Origin: Chthoniobacteraceae bacterium
Lineage (GTDB): Bacteria > Verrucomicrobiota > Verrucomicrobiia > Chthoniobacterales > Chthoniobacteraceae
Direction of reading: 5' to 3'
Assembly (NCBI GenBank): GCA_040081625.1
Contig: JBEBGD010000047.1
Coordinates: 1-38,925, forward strand
Length of the DNA: 38,925 bases
How positions within the stretch are numbered: position 1 is the first letter of the stretch; the number at the start of each line of letters is the position of its first letter. The notes under the pieces were generated by a model. The model saw nothing but the letters and a program-made list of their open reading frames with translations. It was not told where the DNA came from and ran no database searches. Below, one piece after another: positions 15,086 through 22,792 of this stretch. A program made the position numbers and the translations under genes.

Positions 15086-17323
15086 ATGCCCAAACGCTTC
15101 CCATTCCACCCCCAGCTCGATGCGATGGACTGCGGGCCGGCGGCGCTGCGGATGATCTGCGAGTTTCACGGGCGGCAGTTCTCGCAGGATTGGCTGCGCG
15201 AGCTTTGCCACATCGGACGAGGCGGGGTGAATCTGCTCGGTGTCTCCGAGGCGGCGGAAAAGCTCGGCCTGCGCTCGCTTCCCGTGCGGCTTTCCTTCCG
15301 GCGCTTCCGCGACGAAGCCCCGCTGCCGTGCATCGCGCACTGGCAGGGCGATCACTTCGTCGTCGTCTATAAAGTCACCTCGAAAAAGGTGCGCGTCGCC
15401 GACCCGGCCTACGGGCTCATCGACTACAGCCACGAGGAATTCATCCGCGCGAGCGCGCCGCCCGACACGCCGCTCACCGAGGACTCGCCGGGGATCTATC
15501 TGCTCGTCGAGACGACGCCCGCCTTTCACGAGCGCAGCGCCTCGGGACGCGAAGACGGCGAGAAGCCGGTGCGCGGTCTCGGCTTCTTCTTCAGCTACCT
15601 GCGCCCGCACACGCGGATGCTCGTGCAGGTCTTCCTCGGGATGCTCGTCGGGCTGTGCCTCGAGCTGATCCTGCCCTTCCTCTCGCAGGCGATGGTCGAT
15701 CAGGGCATCGGCAATCTCGACCTGAACTTCGTCTATGTGCTGCTCGCCGCGCAGCTCGTCCTCTCCATCAGCCAGACCGGCGCGGACATGATCCGAAGCT
15801 GGCTGCTGCTGCACATCGGCGCGCGCGTGAGCATCGCGATGATCGCCGACTTCCTCGGCAAGCTCCTGCGCCTGCCGCTCCCGTTTTTCGACAGCCGCAC
15901 GGCGGGCGACATCATGCAGCGCATCGGCGACCACCGCCGCGTGAAGAGCTTCCTGATGTCCTCGTCGCTCGACATCCTTTTCTCGCTCCTCACCTTCGTC
16001 GTCTTCGCGTTCGTCCTCGCGCTCTATAGCTGGCAAATCCTCGCCGTCTTCGCGGTGATGACGGTGCTCTCGGTCGGCTGGCTCATGCTCTTCCTCAAGC
16101 GCCGCCGCGTGCTCGACTACAAGCGCTTTACCCTCGAAGCCCGCGAACGCGACACCCTTTTCGAGATCATCCACGCCATGCCCGAGATCAAGACGCAGGG
16201 CGTCCAGCGCGACAAACGTTGGGACTGGGAGCAGCTCGCCGTGCGCACCTACCGCCTCGAGGCGCAGAGCCTCGCGCTCAAGCAAATGCAGCGCGTCGGC
16301 ATCTTCCTCATCTCAAACGTCCGCAACATCCTCATCTCCTTCCTCGCCGCACGCGCCGTCATCGAAGGCCAGATGACCCTCGGCATGATGCTCGCCACCC
16401 AATACATCGTCGGCCAGCTCAACTCACCCATCGGCCGCCTCATCGACTTCCTCTACACCGTGCAGGACGCCCGCCTGAGCCTCGAGCGGATGGAGGAAAT
16501 CTACGGCCACCTCGACGAGGATCAGCTCGCCCCGACCGCCATGGTCCGCGCGATGCCCGCCGCCGAATCCATCCGCATCGCCGGCCTCAGCTTCCGCTAC
16601 CCCGGCGCCGGGCAGGCCGACGTTTTGACCGGCGTGGACCTCACCATCCCGGTGCGAAAAGTCACCGCCATCGTCGGCGCGAGCGGCAGCGGCAAGACGA
16701 CGCTGCTCAAGCTCCTCCTCGGCCTCTATCGCCCGACCGCCGGCGACATCTACCTCGGCCACGTCCCGCTCTCCGCGATCGATGGCCACGCCTGGCGCGC
16801 GCGTTGCGGCGTCGTGCTTCAGGATGGCCACATCTTCTCCGGCTCGATCGCCCGCAACATCGCCCCCGGCAGCGCCCCCATCGACCCGCTCCGGATGAAC
16901 GCCGCCGCGCGCTTTGCGAATCTGGACGACTACCTGCGCGGCCTCCCGAATGGCGTGAACACGCTCGTCGGTGCCGAGGGGCAGGGGATGTCGGGCGGAC
17001 AAAAGCAGCGCCTGCTCATGGCCCGCGCCGTCTATCGCAATCCCGACTTCCTTTTCCTCGACGAAGCCACCAGCGCGCTCGACGCCGACAACGAGAGCAC
17101 CGTGCTCGCGAACCTGCGCGAGTTCAGCGCCGACCGCACGCTCGTCGTCATCGCGCACCGCCTGAGCACCGTGCGCGACGCGGATCAGATCGTCGTCATT
17201 GATCGTGGCCGCATCGTGGAGGTGGGAAATCACGACGACCTCGTGAGGCGCGGCGGCGTCTATTACCACCTCGTCCGCAACCAGCTCGAACTCGAAGCGA
17301 CCTCCAGAATCGCCGGCTCCTGA
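15086..17323 (+). CDS. Peptidase-containing ABC transporter (C39 peptidase + TMD + NBD)
   Basis: QLDAMDCGPAAL (catalytic Cys), HWQGDHFVVVY, VADP; Walker A GASGSGKTT, MSGGQKQR, FLDEATSALD, IAHRLST. Alternative GTG start at 15062. Confidence 0.96.
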   Translation: MPKRFPFHPQLDAMDCGPAALRMICEFHGRQFSQDWLRELCHIGRGGVNLLGVSEAAEKLGLRSLPVRLSFRRFRDEAPLPCIAHWQGDHFVVVYKVTSKKVRVADPAYGLIDYSHEEFIRASAPPDTPLTEDSPGIYLLVETTPAFHERSASGREDGEKPVRGLGFFFSYLRPHTRMLVQVFLGMLVGLCLELILPFLSQAMVDQGIGNLDLNFVYVLLAAQLVLSISQTGADMIRSWLLLHIGARVSIAMIADFLGKLLRLPLPFFDSRTAGDIMQRIGDHRRVKSFLMSSSLDILFSLLTFVVFAFVLALYSWQILAVFAVMTVLSVGWLMLFLKRRRVLDYKRFTLEARERDTLFEIIHAMPEIKTQGVQRDKRWDWEQLAVRTYRLEAQSLALKQMQRVGIFLISNVRNILISFLAARAVIEGQMTLGMMLATQYIVGQLNSPIGRLIDFLYTVQDARLSLERMEEIYGHLDEDQLAPTAMVRAMPAAESIRIAGLSFRYPGAGQADVLTGVDLTIPVRKVTAIVGASGSGKTTLLKLLLGLYRPTAGDIYLGHVPLSAIDGHAWRARCGVVLQDGHIFSGSIARNIAPGSAPIDPLRMNAAARFANLDDYLRGLPNGVNTLVGAEGQGMSGGQKQRLLMARAVYRNPDFLFLDEATSALDADNESTVLANLREFSADRTLVVIAHRLSTVRDADQIVVIDRGRIVEVGNHDDLVRRGGVYYHLVRNQLELEATSRIAGS

Positions 17324-17400
17324 GCTTCAGGCACTCGAGGAAGGCGTCGCGGACCGCGCCCCCGTTTCGGGAACTGGCACATTTCGCGCTAAATCCGCCC

Positions 17401-18021
17401 GTGCCTGTGAGCGTCAAAACTCGAACTCCACCCGCCGGCAGCGTGCGTTCCCGTGGTTGGGACTACGGGTTGGTCGTGCTCGGGCTGATCCTGGCTGGGG
17501 CGCTTGCGATTCGCTATTTGGGCGTTCAAAAGCGGGTGGACGTTTCCACGAGTGTGGTGCGGATGCTCGAGGCGGAGTGGACGAAGACTTCGCCGTATCT
17601 CGCGGAGGCGAAGACCATGCAGCCGAAGTTCACGGCGATCATGGAGCACACCGCGCGTGCATCGGGGGAACGCCAATCGCCCCGTTGGACGCCAGCGCTT
17701 CGGAGTCTCGTGGCGTGCGCGGGTGCCGGGATCGAACTGCGCGATGTGGACGCCCGCGAAGAGGCCGGCGGCGGGAAGATCTGGACGCTGCGGGTCGGCG
17801 GGTTCTCGAAGGGCGCGGCACCACGCGCGGTGGCGGATCAGTTTCGTCTCGCCCTCCAGGGGGAGTTCGACGGGGCGTTCGCGGCGACGGTGAGCACGCG
17901 GTTCGAGCGGCTCGATGAGATGCCGAATCCAGCCCCGGCGCGCGCAGACGAGAAGCTTGGCGTCTTCACGATCGTCGCGACGATCGCTTTCACTGATCCG
18001 GCGAAAGCGGAGGGCGAGTGA
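17401..18021 (+). CDS. Hypothetical bitopic membrane protein, PilN/GspL-like architecture
   Basis: TM, then helical region, then GIELRDV...TLRVGG...ADQFRLAL...FTIVATI pattern. Confidence 0.45.
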   Translation: MPVSVKTRTPPAGSVRSRGWDYGLVVLGLILAGALAIRYLGVQKRVDVSTSVVRMLEAEWTKTSPYLAEAKTMQPKFTAIMEHTARASGERQSPRWTPALRSLVACAGAGIELRDVDAREEAGGGKIWTLRVGGFSKGAAPRAVADQFRLALQGEFDGAFAATVSTRFERLDEMPNPAPARADEKLGVFTIVATIAFTDPAKAEGE

Positions 18022-18584
18022 TGGCTTCCCGTCGCCCGAGTGTGCTCAGTCGAATCGTGATCGGTGGCGCGCTGGTGGGGGCCGCCTGGTGGTTTCACAG
18101 CAGCCGGATCGCTCCGCTCGTGGAGCGTGAGGTTTCACTGCAGAGCAGCCTCGCCGACGTGCGCCAGCGTCTCGGTGCCGCACGGGTGGCAGCGCGGAAT
18201 ATCATCGAGCAGGAGCAGAAATCCGCCGACGCGCGCGCCGGACTCACCGCGCTGCTCGGTGCGAGGCCGACCGGTCCGGCGGTGGTCTGGTTCCCGGTGC
18301 GGCTGAATTCACACCTTCAGCGATTCGGCATCGCTGAAGCCGGCATCCGCTTGAACGCCACGGTGCCCGAGCGAGGACTCGCCGGTTTTCACCGGGGTTA
18401 CTGGCACCTGAATGTGCCCGCGCAGGTGGGGATGAAAAACTTGACCGGGGTCTTGCTCGCGGTGGCGGAGATCGAGGAGCAGGAGAGCTTCGTCAGGGTC
18501 CTGGATTTCTCGTTTCAATCCAGCGTCGAGCCGCCGCACTGGCCGGCAGGCGGTCTCAATGTCGCGGCTCTGCTGCGAAAGTGA
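18018..18584 (+). CDS. Hypothetical bitopic membrane protein, PilO/GspM-like architecture
   Basis: TM, coiled coil, C-terminal VAEIEEQESFVRVLDFSF; overlaps the upstream stop codon. Confidence 0.5.
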   Translation: MMASRRPSVLSRIVIGGALVGAAWWFHSSRIAPLVEREVSLQSSLADVRQRLGAARVAARNIIEQEQKSADARAGLTALLGARPTGPAVVWFPVRLNSHLQRFGIAEAGIRLNATVPERGLAGFHRGYWHLNVPAQVGMKNLTGVLLAVAEIEEQESFVRVLDFSFQSSVEPPHWPAGGLNVAALLRK

Positions 18585-18590
18585 CGCGAC

Positions 18591-20321
18591 TCAGCGCTCG
18601 AGTTCGTTCCAGCCGACGACCGCGTAACTCAGCACGCTGCCGGCTTCGGCGATTGCCGCGTCGTAGTGATAGTCCGCGCCGTTGCCGATCTTGACCTTGC
18701 GCGCGAGGATGGAGCCAAAGAGTTGCGCGCCTTCGACGGCGTCGTCCTTGTCCCAATCCTTCGGTTTGAAATCAACGTCCCAATCCGGCGCGTTGATCAC
18801 GCCGGTGAAGTCGGCATCGGAGATGTTGATCTTGCCGCTGCGTTTCTTCGGGGAGAAGTCATCGTCGGCTTCTTTCTTGCCGTCGGTTTTCTCGATGCCG
18901 ACCAGTTGCAAGTCGGCGGCGAAGCCGCTTTCCAGGATGAAGCCGCCCTTGTCTTTCTTGGTGTCTTTGATCTCAGCCTTGCCTTCGAGGTAGATGGTCG
19001 CGTGGACGCCGTTGGCGATGAACATCGTGCCGCCTTTCTCGATCTTCATCTCCTCGGTGACCCAGATCTCGATCCAGCTCTCCGTGACGCCGGGCGGGTT
19101 GGTGATCACGAGCGATTCGTCCTTCTTGTTCACGCCGATCTTCTCGACTTTGTAGCGGGCGGGGCTGGCGGGGTTGGAACCTGCGACCAGTTCCATGCCT
19201 TTGGCGGCGAGTTCGGCGGCGGCCGTGGCGCTCTTAGCCTCGAATTGGGCGGCAGGTCCGCCCGCCTTCGCCAGCTTTTCCGCGGTCTTGTAAGTGGCCG
19301 CCAACTCCTTGGGAATCTTCCCGTCGAGGGTGGCGATGTTCGCCGTCACCGAGGTCCATTGCGGGGCGAGGATCGTGGGCGTGTCCACGCTGACGTTGGT
19401 GATCTTTTTGCCCTGCACGTTGCCGTAGTTCTTCACGTTTTTGAGGCTGCCATTGACCATCAAGTCGCCGTAGATGGTGGCGTTGCCGACGTCGAATTTC
19501 TCGAATGCCTGGTCGGGCTTTTTCTTCTTCTTCCAGCGGTTCGCCAGCACGGTGCCGCCGTCGGCCGTGCGCTTGGTCGGATCGTATTTGCCGTTGGTCG
19601 AGGTGTCCGGGTAATTGGAGTTGAAGCCGTCGATGAACGTCTTCTTGCTCAGCTTGAAATTGATCTCCGCGAGCAGCCCGTAGCTGTAAACGCTCTCCGG
19701 CTTGGCGACGATCTCGATGGTGCGCGTCGCCTGCGGTGCGGTCACTTTTGAGCCGCTGCTCGGGAAGCCGAGCGAGCGATCCCAGACCAGGCTCAGCCGG
19801 CGCAATTGATTGTCCGACTTATCGGAAGTCGTCCGGCCCGGGCCCGGCACTCCCGAGAGGCCAGTCGAGCGGATCCGATACGCTTGATTCCAGCGGCGCG
19901 AGGTCGATGCGAGGCTGGCAGGGACATCGATGACGACCGAATAGCGCGGCTGTTTGGCTTCGCCGCTCTGCGCAGGCAACGTGTCAGTCACGCGCAGGGT
20001 GTAACCTGCAGGCCAGCGACCGGTGCGGTTGAGCTTTTGGTCACCCGTGGGATTGCCGTTGGAATCGACGACCTGCCACCCGGCCCACGCATTGAACGGG
20101 TCGTCGATGGAGGTGCGCAGCTCGGCCATGGCCCGCTCGACTCCGGATTCCGCCGAGCCGAGCGCCTCGCGCCATGCCGCCGCCTGGAAACTACTCTGGT
20201 GTCTGGCGCCGACGCTGAGCAGGGTGATGGCCGAGATCGAGGCCAGCACTGCGACTGTGAGGATGGAAGCGACGAGCACGCCGCCTTCGGCGGATCGGGT
20301 GGGTGAGATTCGGAGCATCAT
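18591..20321 (-). CDS. PilX/GspK-like large minor pilin
   Basis: SAEG/GVLVASILTVAVLA, ALGSAESGVERA, YRIRSTG, RTIEIV, YHYDAA, terminal WNE; ATG at 20321. Confidence 0.75.
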   Translation of the reverse strand: MMLRISPTRSAEGGVLVASILTVAVLASISAITLLSVGARHQSSFQAAAWREALGSAESGVERAMAELRTSIDDPFNAWAGWQVVDSNGNPTGDQKLNRTGRWPAGYTLRVTDTLPAQSGEAKQPRYSVVIDVPASLASTSRRWNQAYRIRSTGLSGVPGPGRTTSDKSDNQLRRLSLVWDRSLGFPSSGSKVTAPQATRTIEIVAKPESVYSYGLLAEINFKLSKKTFIDGFNSNYPDTSTNGKYDPTKRTADGGTVLANRWKKKKKPDQAFEKFDVGNATIYGDLMVNGSLKNVKNYGNVQGKKITNVSVDTPTILAPQWTSVTANIATLDGKIPKELAATYKTAEKLAKAGGPAAQFEAKSATAAAELAAKGMELVAGSNPASPARYKVEKIGVNKKDESLVITNPPGVTESWIEIWVTEEMKIEKGGTMFIANGVHATIYLEGKAEIKDTKKDKGGFILESGFAADLQLVGIEKTDGKKEADDDFSPKKRSGKINISDADFTGVINAPDWDVDFKPKDWDKDDAVEGAQLFGSILARKVKIGNGADYHYDAAIAEAGSVLSYAVVGWNELER

Positions 20322-20323
20322 AG

Positions 20324-20941
20324 TCACGGACTTAAATTGCGAGATTGAGCGACCATTACGAGCGACACGGAAGTGGACGCGGCGCCGGTTTTTCGGATGC
20401 CGTAGTGGGTGTTGGCGGCGGAGGCGATCTTGACGGCGCGATCCGCGCCCACGGTCACCGTTAGATTGTTCACGTTGTCGGCGATCCACGTGTTTGAGGT
20501 GGTGATCTTGCCGCCGTCGATCCGGCTCACTTCGCGGAGGATCCGGCTGCCGGATCGCAGGTAGCGGATCGTCACGGCACTCGTCCCGTAAATCGCGCCG
20601 GTCCGCCCGAGCGTCGGGCTGTTGGGAATGTCGTCCGCGGGGTTGTTCGGGGTGCCGCGCCGGTCGTAGTAGTCCCCGACGGTTACAGTGAGGATGACCG
20701 ACGAATTCGCTGCGGTATTGATGCTCGTCGCATTCCGAACGTCGCGGGACATGTAATCGGCCACGCGGGTGAGGTCCGCATTCGTGCGGGCGAGGAGGTC
20801 GCTCGCCTTGAACGCGCGCTGGAGCGCGATGCTCCCGACCATCAGCGCCCCGAGGATGATCGAGGCGACCACCGTGCCGACCAGCAGCTCCGGCAGCGCG
20901 GCGGCGAACTTGCGGCGGAAGTGAGTGAGTGGCGCTTTCAT
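20324..20941 (-). CDS. PilW/GspJ-like minor pilin
   Basis: RRKFAA/ALPELLVGTVV hydrophobic helix, YMSRDVRNA, IRYLR...ILR, IADNV, terminal RN. Confidence 0.7.
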   Translation of the reverse strand: MKAPLTHFRRKFAAALPELLVGTVVASIILGALMVGSIALQRAFKASDLLARTNADLTRVADYMSRDVRNATSINTAANSSVILTVTVGDYYDRRGTPNNPADDIPNSPTLGRTGAIYGTSAVTIRYLRSGSRILREVSRIDGGKITTSNTWIADNVNNLTVTVGADRAVKIASAANTHYGIRKTGAASTSVSLVMVAQSRNLSP

Positions 20942-20950
20942 CGGGAAGGT

Positions 20951-21493
20951 TTATCGGCGCGCCACCACGGCGGACATTCCCAGCGAGCGAGGGATTCCCA
21001 TCCGCGCGTCGGTCCACGTCAGGCGCAGGTCGATTCGCGCCATTTTCTCGTCTGCAAGGCTTGTCGCAGCGGAAGTGATCGTCACAGTGCTTCCGGTCCG
21101 GGTCGCCGTGATCGACGCCGGCGTCGGGGCCGCGCTGGCGATGGGGCGATAAGCCGAGACCCTGATCGACTCCACTGCGCCCCGTTGCGTGAGTTGTTCG
21201 CCCGATTGGGTCGCGCCTTTGAGGACGCCAGCGACATTCTCTGTGGTGCCGTCTTCCGGGTCGGTCCAGACTTGGTCAGAATATGAATCGCTGTCGGTCA
21301 GCGTATCCCACGAGGTCGCCTGCAATTGCTGCATTCGTTCCTGAAGGACGGCTGAGGCGACCGCGACATCGTGGGAGCAGTTGATGATGCTCATACACCG
21401 ACTGCTCACTAAAAAGATCGCGCCCATCGCAGTCAGGACAACCATGGCTGCAACCAGCGTCTCGATCAGCGTAAACGCGCGGATCGTGCGCAT
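20951..21493 (-). CDS. PilV/GspI-like minor pilin
   Basis: MRTIRA/FTLIETLVA, LQERMQQLQ, IDLRLTW; ATG at 21493. Confidence 0.75.
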   Translation of the reverse strand: MRTIRAFTLIETLVAAMVVLTAMGAIFLVSSRCMSIINCSHDVAVASAVLQERMQQLQATSWDTLTDSDSYSDQVWTDPEDGTTENVAGVLKGATQSGEQLTQRGAVESIRVSAYRPIASAAPTPASITATRTGSTVTITSAATSLADEKMARIDLRLTWTDARMGIPRSLGMSAVVARR

Positions 21494-21762
21494 TGAGGGC
21501 GCGACGGTAAGGTTTCTGGAGTGTTCGCGCAGAGTAGTCAAATTAAAGGGGATATAGGAACCATAAAAAGCATAATCCGCTCCGCGGCGCAATCTTGATT
21601 CAATCGCAGAAACCCATTGCGCACCCAAATACCACTCTAAGAGCTTATAGTGACGCGATAATGGTAGAATACGCCCTCAAATAACCGCGCCGCTTCCCCA
21701 AGCACTTTTCAATTGTGCAAACTCGTCGTGCGCAGCAGCATCGCTCCGCCGAAAACCGCGAA

Positions 21763-22725
21763 CTACTTCAAGGTCGCGTCCTTCTCGCCGTCGGCCTTGC
21801 GGTAGAGGCTCGTGGGGATGAGCAACTCCGCGGGCACGTCCTCGCCCTTCGAGTGCTTGATGATCGCGGCGACGATTTCGACGCCCATCTTCTCCGGAAA
21901 CTGGATCGGGTCGGCGTAGATCTTCCCGTCCTTGATGGCCTGCTTGCCCTCGGGCATGCCGTCGAAGCCGACGATCACGACGGCATTGGCTTTGCCGGCC
22001 TTCTCGAGCGCGGCGCGCGCACCGAGCGCGGAGGGGTCGTTGATCGCGAAGATGCCGCGAAGGTCGGGCGTGGCTTGCAGCGCGTCCTCGGCTGCCTTGT
22101 AGCCCACGTCCTTTGCGCCGCCGCCTTCGAGTTCCATGACCATGTCGATCTTGGCGGTCGCCGTCGTGTTGTGTGCGTCGATGACTTCGCGGAATCCCTT
22201 CACACGCAGTCGGCACGACTCGGCTTGCTTGAAGTGCAGGATGGCGACCTTGCCGCCCTGCGCGCCGAGCGCCTCGATCATCGCTTTGCCCGCTTCCTTC
22301 CCGCCGCCGTAGTTGTCGGTGGCGACTTGCGTGAGCAGCTTCACGCCCGGTTCGTTGCACGGGATGTCCACGGTCAGCACGGGAATGCCCGCGGCGTTTG
22401 CTTCCTGCACGACCGGCACGATGGAGCGCGACTCGCACGGGCTGAGCACGATCGCGCTCACCTTCTTCACGATGAAGTCCTTCACCTGGTTCGACTGCCG
22501 CGCGACGTCGTTGTCCGCGCTGAGCACGATCGTGTCGTAGCCGTGCTTTGCGGCCTCGGCGGTGATGCTGTCGCCGATGACCTTGAAGAATGGATTCTGC
22601 AACGCGAGCAGCGTGACTCCGATGGTGCCTTTCGATGCGGGCGCGTCGGTCGTGGAGGGCGTGGCGGACTTCTCGCAACCGACGACGAAGGCGCACGCGA
22701 GGAGCAGGAGGAACTTGGAGTTCAT
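21763..22725 (-). CDS. Sugar ABC transporter substrate-binding lipoprotein (RbsB-like)
   Basis: Lipobox FVVGC, NPFF, VATDNYGGG, RVKGF, IFAINDPSALGA, VGFDG; ATG at 22725. Confidence 0.92.
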   Translation of the reverse strand: MNSKFLLLLACAFVVGCEKSATPSTTDAPASKGTIGVTLLALQNPFFKVIGDSITAEAAKHGYDTIVLSADNDVARQSNQVKDFIVKKVSAIVLSPCESRSIVPVVQEANAAGIPVLTVDIPCNEPGVKLLTQVATDNYGGGKEAGKAMIEALGAQGGKVAILHFKQAESCRLRVKGFREVIDAHNTTATAKIDMVMELEGGGAKDVGYKAAEDALQATPDLRGIFAINDPSALGARAALEKAGKANAVVIVGFDGMPEGKQAIKDGKIYADPIQFPEKMGVEIVAAIIKHSKGEDVPAELLIPTSLYRKADGEKDATLK

Positions 22726-22792
22726 AACGAGTGCGCCGATCCAATCACCGTCAACACTTCCTGCCAAGCACAACGCCGAGCGACTGCACCAG

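Noticed and set aside
12044..17323. Interpretation as a class III/IV lanthipeptide cluster (Ser + Cys core, kinase)
   Set aside because: The 391-aa kinase has no lyase or cyclase domain and no LanC-like gene is nearby; action of enzymes encoded elsewhere cannot be excluded.
20322..21017. N-terminal 232 aa of the 808-aa ORF
   Set aside because: Overlaps the PilW-like gene; the PilX-like prepilin sequence starts at 20321.
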